Below are positions 1 through 14,067 of a stretch of DNA of 64,000 nt, piece after piece. Each line of letters starts with the position of its first letter. The first letter of the stretch is position 1. The position numbers and the translations under genes are program-made. The stretch is taken from assembly GCA_021613535.1 (NCBI GenBank), contig CP075496.1, forward strand, positions 7,812,001-7,876,000, read 5' to 3'. The notes beneath the pieces are model-generated. The model searched no databases. It saw nothing but the letters and a program-made list of their open reading frames with translations, and was not told where the DNA came from. The DNA comes from Adineta vaga. Taxonomy: Eukaryota > Animalia > Rotifera.

Positions 1-2061
1 TTTCAATAGTCGTCTATTTGTTGTTTATGAGAAAGCAAAAGAATATTTGAACAAAATATCATCAAATATTGATCAACAACTCGATCTATGGCAATATCGT
101 CGAAATATCATTCTTGATCAAATAAATTCATCATCATCATCATCATCATTCGATTTTCTTTTACCAAAAACGCAACGTATCAATGAATTAACCATTGAAG
201 CAGTTCAAGGTTAAATAATAAAAAAACAAATAATTAAACTCATTTTCTAAAACGATTATTTTTAGCTTTATGTCGAGTTGATCTATTAGTCGAACAAATT
301 CTTCGCATTGATCCAAAATCAGCAGCACAAACGCGTTCTATTCCAATATCAACATCTTTTTCAGCACGATCAATTGATACCAATGTTTCGAATTCGACAA
401 TGAATACTGTGATGTCTCGTGTACGTCATCCTGCACCTCCAATAGACACTAAATCCAGTTAAACAGCAATCATATGTTGAACCGATGATAAACGGAAAAC
501 CAATAGGACAGTCAAACTATCCTATACCTGTACTACGAACACCACAACAATCATCAGCAACTCGTTTATCCTTAGCTGCAACACAAGAAAAATCTGGTTT
601 TAAACCTATTGAACAACAACAACAACAACGTCAACAGAATCAACAACAATCATCTACCATTTCTGAGAATACATCGAGACCAACACCAATCCATCCACAA
701 ACTGATCATTATACTTCTAACGAACGACTTACATTTGTAAGTATATGAGTTTTGAAAGTGTTTTTGTATCGATTCTAATTCTTGTAGTCAATCACGTAAG
801 ACATAATCATTCGAAAGTAAACATAGATTTAATTGTTCAGTTTTTTAAACAAATAATATCGATTCTGGTTTGATAAGATTTCATGTTTGTGTTTAGCCTC
901 GTTCAACTATCCCATCATACGGTACACGAACACCATCATCTGATCGTATTACATCTCCAATGCCACCTCTTTCTTCAGTCAATCAAGTACCACCGAATTA
1001 TAATCAAGCACCACCGCGTATGTATCAATCGATGGAGGCCAGTTTGAAAAAATATTTTCTCATCTTATTCTAATACAGCTGATAAAGTCAAAGTGAAATT
1101 ACAACGTATTCAATCTGGTACAAAATGGAAAAAAGCGAAGATCGATGTCATTGATTCACTTTCGGCATTTTATGCTGAAAACCATGAAGAAGGTGTACGT
1201 GCAAGATTTGATCGTATGTTAGAAGATCTTCAGTAAGTTACAAAAGAAAGTAAATTCATAATGAAGAAAATCACTAACTGCTTTGTTTTCCTATTTTTTA
1301 GTGATTATTATGATAGTTTAGAACAATCGAATAATCTCTTACCCTTACAGAATGTTTCAATTGGTGATTTTGGTGTAGCGAAGTATACTGATGATAATCA
1401 TTGGTATCGAGCACGTCTATTGATGTGTGAAGAAAATGACCGAATTCGTATTGTTTTTATTGATTTCGGCAATATTGAAACAAAATATATGCATGAATTT
1501 TTTCCACTTGACAAATTATACACTGATCTACCTGCACAAGCTATAGCTTGTACTTTGTCAGAAGTAAGAAAGATCGAAAACAAAAAATATGTTCGTCATA
1601 ACAATAATAATATATTATCTTTCAGGCTTTTCCTCGTTCACCAACTGAAAATGAAATACTATGGCCTCAAGATACTATTCAAATTTTTCGAGAAGAAGTT
1701 GTAAATAAATATGTTGAAGTCGTTTTTGTTGATACCGGAGAAGGATCAGAACAATGGTATATTCTTACCTTTTTTTTTAAATAATAGTTCCAACAAATAT
1801 CTGTTGATTTTCTTTGCTTTTAATTATAGGCCTTTACATTTTGTTAAAATTAATGTTGGTAATCAAGTAAGTTAAATATACAATTGAATTTGAAATTATT
1901 TATTATGTCTTCTCATTTAGTCTGTAACCAATGTACTAAATCTAAAACAACATATTGAACCAAGACCAAATCAATACATTGCTAGTCAACTTGCAAGCTC
2001 AATTTCTCATCAAGAATATATTCTTTTCAATGTACCTATTAGTGAAGAAGAATTCGAATAA
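1..2061 (+). CDS. Extended Tudor-domain protein A (5'-truncated, multi-exon)
   Basis: Spliced exons (<1-209, 266-420, 467-736, 897-1017, 1079-1232, 1302-1563, 1627-1756, 1830-1866, 1921-2061) give GDFGVAKYTDDNHWYRARLL...IVFIDFGN...LPAQAIACTL, a Tudor core with flanking SN-like segments. TAA ends at 2061. Confidence 0.88.
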
Positions 2062-2297
2062 TACATCTAGAAAACAAATTACAGTGGATTGTTTCCCAGT
2101 TTGTCTGTTTAATAACGACAAACTCTTTGTTTTCTTTTCTCGCTTTCTTCATATGTGTCATACTCTTCATGCCTTCAGTTTTATTTCATATATGTACGTA
2201 TTGTTGTTGTTTGCTTTGATATATCTTCTGTTACTTTTGAAATTTACTTATGTACGTATCTATACAAAGATTCCCATGATTATAAATTTAGTATAGT

Positions 2298-2324
2298 GAA
2301 GAAGAAGAAGAAGAAGAAGAAGAA
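2298..2324 (+). repeat. (GAA)9 microsatellite
   Basis: Read directly from the sequence. Confidence 0.9.
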
Positions 2325-3637
2325 GAGATAGATTCATTTCTACATCAATATATTTCAGATCATTGAGTTTCTTGTTACTGTTGTTGTTGTTGTTACATCG
2401 TCATATTTTACCTGGTATTTTTGATATGTTATGTCTGTGTTTTATTTCTCATGATTGTCGATAGAAAATCAAGCGAAAATAATGGTAAATACATAATAAA
2501 ATTAGAAGCTTTTATTCGTCAGAAAGGAATGAATTAAAATATAATGTGCCAATCTTTATATACGAAGACTACTTGACTGATAACTGGAAAATTATCAGGT
2601 ACGAATAATAGATTTGCATGAATTTCAATGCAAACTGAAAGAAAAAAAGTTGTCCTATGCAGCAAACAATAACTTACAACAGACAAGGTATTAGTAAATG
2701 CCTCGACTCTGAATTTTATATTAACTGATGTTTGTACATAAAATCTGATGTGATTATATTTGATTTTATTACTATCTTTTTTTTGTATATTGTTCAGTGC
2801 AATGATTCGATGAACTTAATCAGTTATCAAATATTTACCTAGAAATAAATCACTTGTATGAACTCTGCATATGCTGATTGAGGTGAGTTGATATTAAGTA
2901 CATTATATAACCAAATATGTTGCTCTCACAAACTATGTTTTGGCATTTAATATTAATAACAGTTCTACTAACATCTTACTAATAATAGATAAAAACGAAT
3001 TTAAGCTACGTTTCTCACTAATGCATGCCCAACGATCATATGCTACTCACATATGCATGTGTACGTTTGTCTCATTTAGCCACTGTAATTTTGACAGCCG
3101 GTATATTGTTGAATTATACATCAATTTGTTCGAAATATGGTTCAAATTGACGTTTCAACTATATGATATCAAGAAAACAAACAACAATGATGGTAACCAA
3201 CTATCACTAGCAAGCAATATACATAAAACACATCCAAGATAATGAAATCTATAGATTTGCTTCCAAATACTTGATAATTTAGTGTGTTCGTCCAACTGAT
3301 TGTCAAAATTCTATACGAAACTTATTATTTTAATAGCCTGTGGTCTTGGAAACCTGTTAAATCCGACTATCAAATTGATCGACCTGGCTATAACAAAATA
3401 CTATATCGACACTCTGAAAACTCAACTTGATGATTATATAATGTGTGTTTCAACATGTATTCAATGACTTTGAAATGGGATCCCAATGATTTTATTGATA
3501 CAATCATGTGGTATACATAATAGTTGTAAACCTTTATTGTTTGCTTTTCATCCAATAAAAATTGCATATTATACTACACTCTTTAGTTTATGCATAACAT
3601 AATCAGGATTGTTTTTAATTTGAATATCATTTTAGAT

Positions 3638-5678
3638 ATGATTTCTTCGAAGGAAATAAATCCAGTTGAAGTACTCGACGATGTTGATCATCTTCTCTTC
3701 TTATGTGATCGTTTAAGTAAACGCTTACAACAGGTTACATCATTTGTTGATGAAATTAAACAAGCATGGATAAATAAACGAAAATCCATTGAAATTGATG
3801 TTCATATTGCATCAATAGAAGCTCAAAAAGCATCCAAATGTCATAAAGTCTTATTAAATGTTGCTGAAAAACTTGCCGTTGTTGAACTTCAAACGGAATC
3901 ATTACATGCTCTGCAATCTGCTACATCGAATATCTCTCTCAATACGATTGAAAAGCGTGAAGGTAAATAAAAACAACTAATTCTCTGCAAATTTTCATAT
4001 AATCTTAGAAACTAGTCATTTTTAAGTATCGTTTAATTTAAACTTCATTATATACCTTGTCATCAATTTATACATATATAATATAGATTATAAGTAGATT
4101 TAATAATAGTAAAGTATTTCATCAGTTACAACGAAATTTATTTTCTGTTCTAGAACAACAATCATTCACTAATCAACGTGCTGGTGTAGCTTTTCAAAGT
4201 CCATCACAGATTGTTAAAAATTCAACGATTAATGCGTTTACACCAAGAAATTCAGCATCCTTATTTAGTGAAGCAGTTTCAGTTAAACAACCACCTGGAC
4301 AACTTCAAATACAAACAGAATCAAACTATCATCGATCATTATCTGGTACAGATACTATTAGTTCTAATCAACAAAAATTCTCTTCACAAAATCTGCTCAT
4401 TTCACAAACATCACATTTTCCAGTAAATCAGAAACCAACACAAAATGGTCTAATCAACGGATATCAAAAACAATCATCGAACGTTATTATTCCTCGTCCA
4501 TCGACTTTGACAGATTCATATTCATGTATATTTAAAAATCATACAGTTAATTCAATTTATTTTTTATTTTTATTCTAGCTAGATCATTAAATGAATCGAA
4601 TGTAATGAATGAAAAAGTTCGAGTTAAAATGCAAGTTATCAAAGCAGGTACTATTTGGCGAAATGCGGACATACCAATTATTGATCATCCATCGGCATTT
4701 TTCGTTTGTAATCAAGATCCACGCGTTGCTGAACAATTTCATATGATAGCAATAGAAATGAAGTGAGACATACTATCTTAACATGTTTTTTATATATCTA
4801 CTTCCGTTTGACGTTTTTCCCTAGTACTCATTACAATAAGCCAACCAATACAGTTGTACCATTGCAGAATCCAGCTATTGGTGATTTTTGTGTTGCTCGT
4901 TTTAGTGAAGATCAACATTGGTATCGAGCTCGAGTTGTTCTTATACATAGTAGTATGTAATCATTTCTATTCATTGTTTTAAAATGATAAACTAAATAAA
5001 ATTATTTTATTTTAGATGAATCCATTCTTATTGTTTTCATTGATTATGGAAATTCAGAAACGAAACCAGCAAATGAAATTTATCCAATGCAAGAATCATT
5101 ATCACGTTTACCAGCTATGACTGTTGCTTGTACATTAGCTGAGGTAAGCTTTTGTTCAACTGATTTTTTTATCATAAACAACATGTTTTTTTAGTCATTT
5201 CCTCGAAATGAAAACTTTTGGACGACTGAAGCAACTGAATTATTTAATCAATTAGTAAAAAATCGTATTGTTGAAGTACATTTTCAACAAGGTAGTGGTC
5301 AACAATGGTAGAAATACATACATTCATATCTCCATATATTGTTCAATGATTTTGTTTGTCTTTGTAGGCCACTTCATTTTGTCAAAGTAATGCTTGATGG
5401 ACAGGCAAGTATAGCAAAGCCATTTACTTTCAAATATAGATCTCATTTTTATTTTTAGTCGGTTGTTCAACATCCAAAACTAGTATCTCATATTACTTCA
5501 GTTCGAAATGAACAGATTGCCATGCATTTCAATGACAAACTTACTTCAATGGAATATATTTTGTACAATGTAGCTGTTGTTGAATCAGATATTTACAATG
5601 GTAGTAAGTATAGACTCAAAGATTAAATTCAATTTTGTATCACGAACTCAATCTCATTTTGTTTCAGTTCTTCCATAG
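3638..5678 (+). CDS. Extended Tudor-domain protein B (helical N-terminus, S/Q-rich linker)
   Basis: ATG at 3638. Spliced product contains IIDHPSAFFV...GDFCVARFSEDQHWYRARVV...IVFIDYGN...LPAMTVACTL. Contains a GC-AG intron at 5405-5458. Stop is at 5678 if the last small intron is spliced, otherwise at 5626. Confidence 0.88.
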
Positions 5679-8600
5679 CATGCGTCACAAAACAAAATTT
5701 AGTTTATTAAACAAAAAAAAGAGACATTTAGATATTTGTTTCATTTTTCTTTAATTGTATTCATTGAAAATTTCATTATAGGCCAGAATGAAATTTTAGA
5801 TAACATGTCAGTGAATTTTCTTTATTCTATTTGTGAGTTATGTTTTTTCTTTTTGAGATAGTCTTGCTTTCTATGTGAGTTCATATATGAAAATGAAACA
5901 TTCATTGGTTTTGTCTATGTTTTTGAAAACTGAACTTTTCTTTTCGTGAAAAGGAATAAATAGAATAGTTACTTTGAAAAATGATGCTACATTTTATATT
6001 AATATAAATTTAAATACCAGAAAACGATCAATCAAGTATTATGCCAAAAAAATTATTAATATCGTCACATATATTACTAGTTATATTTTGCAGTAGTTTT
6101 GATCAGTGTACTATTTTATTTGAATTTTCGTTTTTCATAAACTATTATGCGATTTTACGGCAATTCTCGAGCATTTACAATACAATCATCAATTGACTAA
6201 ACGGAAATTATTTAAGAAACTTTTGTTTTATAAAATTGGTCGACGAGAATTTCTTGGTTGAACTATGGAAAAGATTGAACTAAAATGAAAACTATTACTT
6301 GACTATTAGCACCATCTACTCATTGAAAAAACTACAGTTTGGAAACGAAGATACGATAACGTTAGAACAAGCTGCACTGTTAGTATGTGTAATGTTGAAC
6401 TATTTAATCGAATGTTCGTATTTCTACTAGATCTACCTTTTGTTTCAGAATGACACATGAGCAACGATCTTATTGGTGCTTTCCTTAAACAATGAGTTCT
6501 TTCTTTTTCCAATTTCCATGCTTTTGAAAATTGTAATAATTTTCAAATTTTCTGAAAAGTTTTTTTCATCATTTCTTGAAAATATCGCTCAAAATAAACA
6601 CTCGAACATATGGCAGTATTTCAATAAAAATCTCACTGTCTATAGAAGTTAATCGAATAGAAAGGTGTTATTCTGTTATTCATCATATACTTATTCCAAC
6701 ATTAGATTGATTCGTTTCCTTTCAATATGATTTGATCTTACATAGTAAGAAAAAAAAATTCAAGAATATAAGCAGTGAATGTGAATCAACGGTTCAATCA
6801 ACGGTATATACTCATTATGGTATTGTTGAATGAGGTATGTTTTGTCCATTCTCTTCAATATGCATACATATTTTGAAAATTTTTACTTTGTTATTTGAGA
6901 CCATTAAATGACTCTATTGTGCACTACACACGAAAACGACAGAACTCAATATAATCAATAAATCTCAACTGAAAGGTATGTATAAACATAGACGCATACA
7001 ACAACAGACATCTGTTTCTCGTCCGTACTTACTCGAGAGTAAAGTCAGTATAGGTACATGTACTTATGATGCATCTTAAAGATTTCTTTATTCAGAGGAA
7101 GAATGTGAAGAATAGGTGTTCGTAATCCGTAAAAACCTCGAAATACGATTCGTTTGCACAAGAATACTTAAAAAGTGACTTCAATCATTTTCACACAGCA
7201 CAGATGTTTCGTCGAAAGATGTTGAGAATTTACTATAAAACGATATGAATATCTAAAAATACTTTTTGTATAGAAACACGATCATATAAATATGGCAATC
7301 GACAAGATTTTCAACATGTTTATCTGGTGCGATGCTACCTTTATGAAAACTGATATGAATACATTACAAAGAAACTATTTCCCTTGGAACAAGCTATGTA
7401 CACTCGCACATACAGATGACATTGGACATTCTTGACAAAACGATCGGTATGCTTGGTATAATAATATTGCATAATTAATGGCATCATATGACTCTACCAT
7501 AATTATTTATATGAAGTATGCTTGCCTTGCTTTTCTTGAATTACATGTGAGTGTATACGATGTTTGAAAAACAAAAACTACAAAATATCGTCTAGAAAAA
7601 TTTTGAAGAAATTCATTATGCGAGAGAAATACAGTTCGACAAGATGAAAGTTCTGTTTTGTATCGAGTAATTAATATAGAAATTTATTGTGTTGTTATAA
7701 TTTATTAGTTCTAAAAGCGTTCCTCTTCGCCTTCTCAACGAGCACTACTATGCAGAGATATTCATTTATAAAACTGAAAATAATTTTATGAAGTGATACT
7801 TTTAGTTTTACCCTTGAAGAAGTTAGATTGGCAAACTTGCATTGAAAAGAAATGAGAAAAAAATAACTAAAGTAAATAATAATAATAATCGACCTTACAA
7901 AGTATGAAGGTAAATTATTGAGTCTTCTTTATAAAAGAGAAAACATTCTTTTCACATTTAATCTTGTTATTTGAGAACAAATATGTACTCACATATCATA
8001 TTTGTGCAATAGTTAGTTGAAAATAAATCATTACCTAGTGGTAAGCATATATATTTTCGAGTACCGTTAATTCTTCACCCTGCATTGTATGTAAATTCTA
8101 ATATTGAATATTTAGTTGGTGTATATAAAATTACATAATGATCGAGAGAGATTGAGTAGATATGACTATTGTGTTGGATAAATGTATAATATTTCAGACA
8201 AAAGAGAATATAAATGATTAGTTTAGTAATCTTGATTCATCTATATGAGTATAATTTTAATTTTCAGTGATTATTCAGTATGAAAAATCAATCAAAACCG
8301 AATATCAATACAATAACGTTTTTATCTTTCATATTGATCTTTCGTTATTCAATCGTCTATTCAAGAACGAGCATTTGAACAAGTTTACAAACATGTTAAA
8401 TTACTTTTCGAACATTTCTAGATTTCGGTATGTTCTTAAACTAGAATAGTTCATAGTTCATATAATTATTTTCGATGAATATTCGACAATTAATCAAATG
8501 AATATTTTTTACATAGGTCATTATCTGAATGATATATAGTGAAAATTAATCGATATCGTAAGTCGTTTCATCTGTAAACAAGATTATCAAAATATTGTAC

Positions 8601-9799
8601 CATTTATTTTCTCGTATAGAATAATGTTCTCATTCTCATTCGATGGATATAGCTTTTGCTAATTTTTAATCTTCTTGATGAATAAAGGCAAAACAATTCC
8701 GTCTACTATCCTGACAAATTATTCAGTTATGCATATAAATAATTTTATGGTCGCCTGATACGGTAGGTTGTTTAATATCATAATTTTAAAATAGATTCTT
8801 TTTGTGAGTGAGAGTAATATGAATAAGTAAACGTGATATGAGTAGATCAGAAGAATGTTCTATGTATTGTATGAAAAGATAAACAAAATAGCTAAATATG
8901 AATAAATACGACATAACGAGTAGAAAGGTTATTATCAGACGATCAAGGCATCTAATTTTCTCCTCATGACCTCTTGTAAATTACTGTTAGTACTGAAAGA
9001 TCTTTATAATTACTATGAATAGTTGCTTATTAAATAGATGTTGAAGATAGGAGACATGATAAATTATGTTTGCTTTTCTTCAACAATAATATTTTTATAA
9101 TCTGTCACCTTCGCAATCATGTCGTCTGGAAGAAAATTTTAATCGAAATACAAAGTTATTTTTACATTCTTTTATGTTTAACGTTGCGTTCACAGTATTT
9201 TTCTTACTAAAAATAACAGAACAACACCATTAGAATAATAAGAAATGGTCGATCTTTTTTTCTATTAATTATAATATTCCTCATCATAAACATCCTGCGA
9301 AACTTAATCATAAGTACAAAATAAGTGAAGCGCCTGATCTATTCGTCCTCTTTTATATAATTATTATACATTCAAAATGATAGAGATGCGCACTTTTCCT
9401 TTAGATTTTCCTGTCAGCCGACCAAGATGGTTTATTATCTAGGGATTGATTTGTGACTACAGTTCAATTAGCTGTAGAAAAATATTGGATGAAGTTTGAT
9501 CTGCATTAATCCTAATTATTTTGTGTTGTAACAATACTTTGTTGACGTGGTCTCCAATAGAATCGTATGTTATACAATTTCTAAATATAGTTTGAATAAG
9601 AACATTTTTATTAATTCTTTTAGAATTATACTAATTGTTTATGTGTTATCAATACTTCAGTTTATTTTGAGTCAAATAATAATAAATATGCTAAGTGTAA
9701 ATCAGCATTATTATACATGGATTTTGTTCTGACTTATAAGCATTGGATAGTATAGATATCAAATTCGAACAGTTTCAGATTGCTTTTTTCTTTTTCATT

Positions 9800-11194
9800 A
9801 TGAATGCTTCAACAATTGATAAATTTTTCTGTAAAAATTCCAATCTATATACTCAATTAACGTCATCACCATTAACTGAATTTGCAGATAGTGGTGTTGT
9901 CAGTCGTACAACACCATTGTCATCAATAAATGAAAATAAACTAGATGACAATCATCAGAATAACAATGAAGATGACGATGATGATCAATCGATCTCTACT
10001 GAACATCAATGTTTTTCAATAATTACTAAATGTAGGATATTTTTTCTTCATTATAGAAAAACTTTTCATCTGATTTATTTTAGCGAAACTTCGATATAAA
10101 AAATGCGATGAATATAAACAATATTCCAATTGTTTGATCACCTATCTTGATCATCCGTCAGCAATATTCATACAACTATCTCAGGATGGTAAACATTTTC
10201 AACAAATGCATCAAGATATGAAGTGAGTATTTTCTTTCTCATTGTAATCATATTTCTTCTTCTTTTTTCTTCATAGTCGATATTACATGGATAATTTAAA
10301 TGGCTTCTCAAATATCTCTATTGATGCATTCAACGTCGGTGATTTTTGCGTGGCTTATTCAAATCGATATTTCGAATTTTTTCGCGCACGAATTTTAAAT
10401 ATTGATCCAACGAGTACATGCTATGAAAGAATATTTTTTATTCACCAAAGAAAATAATGTACATTTTAAATTTTAGAAAATCAATGCTTGATCATTTATG
10501 TTGATTTTGGTAATTCTGAATGGATACATTTGAAAGGTATTCGTCCACTTCATGCTGAATTTGCTAAATTAGATATTCAAAGTATTCCTGTAACTCTTTC
10601 TCATGTATGCTTGTTCTCTGTGTTATATTTCAAAATTTACATTCGTTCTATTTCAATATAGATTGTTCCAAAGAAAGATATGAATACGGGTGCAATTGGA
10701 TGGGATACAAATGTTGGTAAATCATGTACACGAAAATTACGTCGACTAGTAATTAAACCCGAAGGTGAACCATTCTTATATGTGTCCGTTACATTCTTAT
10801 CGGTTGAGCGGTGGTGGCCATTACCTTTTGTTGATATTAAAGTTGATGGACAGGTAAATGTCTATTAGCGACCTCTCTTTAAATCACTTCCAAGAACGAA
10901 AATCTATCATATTTTCCTGACTTTGTCCAATGGAATCAATTTGAATACAATGAAATGAATGATTCTTCTATATATTCATAGGATTTAGCTGAAATACTTC
11001 ATCGCGATGGTTTTGCTCGTCTAACACGAAATAATAAAGATTTAAGAATGATCTATCCAACTTTCGGTAATCATCCGAGTGAATCTCTGATATTTGGTTT
11101 ACAATCAACAGAACGGTTGGAAAGTATGAGATCATCTTCTTCAATATCGTTGAATTCATATTTTTGTTACATCATCTTAGATCAATATGAATGA
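9800..11194 (+). CDS. Extended Tudor-domain protein C (divergent)
   Basis: Spliced product ITYLDHPSAIFIQL...GDFCVAYSNRYFEFFRARIL...IIYVDFGN...DLAEILHRDGFA. Intron positions are shared with Tudor A and B. TGA at 11192-11194. Confidence 0.85.
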
Positions 11195-12838
11195 AGTCAT
11201 TGCTGTAATCTCTTACTCATCAAACGTTGTAAGTTCATCTTTATTTGCTAAACAATTCGAATGTTTGTTATTCTTTCAGTCTGATACATGATCGATTTCA
11301 CAGGAAAAAAAAGTTAATATCTAGTGTTTTTCCTTACTTGCTTTCTTTCTTCATTTCTTTCTCCTAATCATTCAGTGTCAGATCGATGATAATACAGTGA
11401 TATTGATGTATTCTTTTTTGTTCATTTTCCTTTCATCTATGAGTTATGATAACAACGAGTGTAATAACTGTGTGTATGTGATTATTATATAGAAAGATGA
11501 ACGAAGTCAGTCGTACATTGTAGATTTCATTTGTTGAAGCATAAAACAACTAATTAATTGTGTTGATCAATCGTTGATGAAACAGACTTCCGGATGAACA
11601 TAATGGCTAATCAGGCAAGTTCAATGTAAATAACTCATTCATATTAATAGACTAGACTATAACAATGTTCCTATCTCGAAAAGAACTATTCTGTAAGACA
11701 AAATTTGTTTGTAGTTAAAAATCACTTAGTTCACAAAAGGTCGGTGAATACGAGTAATTATAAGCATTAAAGATAAAAGTATCCTTGAAGATATGAAAAC
11801 GAGGATCTAAGTGCACAGATGAGTAAGATAATAGTAAATTATTACGTCATTTGATCACTTCAATCTTTGTATTTATGTCATGAATTGTAGACTAACTAAC
11901 CCTTAAATAATATGCTTCAATGCTCATTTGATACATCGAATAAGCATACCATATGATAAGCGACATTAAAAATCGAACAGACGTCTGAATAATCGAAACA
12001 CTAATTGATTGATCACGTTATTGAATTTTGTTAATAATTTTTCTTTCATTACGGTAGAAGACAGATTCTAATGAACCACTTGAAATATTATTTAATATTT
12101 TTCGTTTCTTCTTCAATCATAGAACTTGTTTTCTAATTTGCATATTTGTCCATTTACTAAGCTTCTGACATTGTTATTTCCGATCGATATTGTAGGGTTT
12201 ATTGAGTATGTAGATAAAGTAACATTTCTTAACTAGTCGTTATTTTGCGTAGAATTCAATAGTTAATTCTTTGAACATCTTATCCATTAATTTGAACAAT
12301 ACGAAAATGTTTATGACATACTCGAAAATCAATCGTTAAAAGCTAGTCTTTTCTTTTTATTTTTCATCACTTCACAAGTATATGTATATCTTTTTGTCCT
12401 CTAAACTGAACGTATAAAAGCACATACACACTTATATGTCTTCATATACAGTAAAATATCTCTGAGTTGTTTTGACCATTCGTTCGTTCTTTTTATGTCA
12501 TGATCAACTACTTATGCGATCAAAACATTCCAGGTAGATGATTTTCACTAATCTATTTTTCGATTAGAATGTGTCGACAAAAACAAGTTTTTCTTCAAAT
12601 CTTTTTTTTGTTCGTTCGCTTTACTATATTAATTCTCAATAGAATATTCGTAATTACCTGATAGCTTTGAGCAATTTGAACAACGAACAATTTTGTACAA
12701 TATTCAATCATTTGCTAGAATAAATCGGTTATATCATAGAATGTAATTCATATATAATCGAGAAAAAAAGATGAGATGAAATTATAAATCTGTATTTTCA
12801 TTGAAACTTCATCATTTTCTGTATTGATCGATTCGTAA

Positions 12839-12874
12839 AGAGAGAGAGAGAGAGAAAGAGAAAGAGAAAAAGAG
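12839..12874 (+). repeat. (AG)n / purine-rich microsatellite
   Basis: agagagagagagagagaaagagaaagag, read directly. Confidence 0.8.
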
Positions 12875-14067
12875 AATAATATGTAATTGCTACTTGTTAC
12901 TTCAAATAGTTGAAGTATACTTGAATATTTTAAGTTCTTTTCTCCTCCAGGCATGTAGATATCGAATATAAGCGCTTGTCAAAATGCAAGGATGATTTTG
13001 CAATTTATTATAAACATCAAATTATATCGAACCTAAAGTATAGTATTGAATTTCGATATTTCTTCTTCTTCTTCTTTCTTCATTGATCATTTTTTAGTAT
13101 AAAGCATTAGTTAAATTGAAAAATTGTCATATAGAAATTAGACTACGAACAAGTGATAGGTTGAGTGACAACTCATTCGAATCTTTGTTATTGTATGCAC
13201 ATATGTGTGAAGAAAATTTATTGATTGATTAAAGTGTTTGTTTGGATATAATTTAGAAATGTACGTGTGTGTAATCAATCATTGGTTTCTATATTCATTC
13301 AACGACCAAAAAAGAAGACGAACACAAAGTTTCTTTTCTCGCTCTTCATCGTCTTGAAACTGAATCATAAGAGACATATTCAATAGCGGACAAAAGATGT
13401 GTCACACATGGGATACTCAGCGCTTCTGTCTTTTTTTTTGTTAACACGACCTCGACATGTCATTGAGATTGATGTGTGACCGATAGAGTAAGAGCAAGAG
13501 CAAGAATCCATTGTTCTCTCATCTATCATAGTCTAAAATTGGTTCTTTCCCACCGTGCAGAGGTTAATCGTCTATCATCATTTTGTACTGGAAAAGGAAG
13601 AGAAAGTGTGCATTCATCGGTCACTCAACGTATATGTATGAATGTATAAGAAAGAAAGCTTAGAACGAAGTTGTGAGTTCTAATTTGATATATCCGGAGA
13701 AAGGAAAAAAAGAAAGGGAGAAGAGAAGAACAACGAAAGAAAGTCATAATGATGATGCAATTGGTATGCATGTACATCGTAAATGAGAAGGGGTAAGTTG
13801 TGATAGTAGTAGTCGGTCAAGTTGTTGGCCTTCGTTTTTTTTCGCACAGTTGTTGTTTGCTTTTCGTTATATACATACATCTACACACACATATATATAT
13901 GTATATATCACTATGGTAAGCCTATTATATTTGATGTTCTTGTTCATACTATCTCTTAGATATCTAGGTCGCTTAATTGTACATATAGAACCAATAATAA
14001 TAATAGCGACAATAACAACAACAACAACAACACATTTACTCTTTTTCTCTTTCTAGATGGACATAGA

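Noticed and set aside
1955-3242. ORFs 1955-2296 and 2940-3242, and similar F/L/I-rich ORFs elsewhere in the track
   Set aside because: They are out-of-frame, antisense or UTR/intergenic read-throughs of AT-rich DNA, with no splice or motif support.
5700-9790. 4-kb gap between Tudor B and C with short coding-like patches (about 6150-6450 and 7080-7470): possible transposon or pseudogene relic
   Set aside because: No recognisable domain, terminal repeats or consistent frame. A translated search would be needed.
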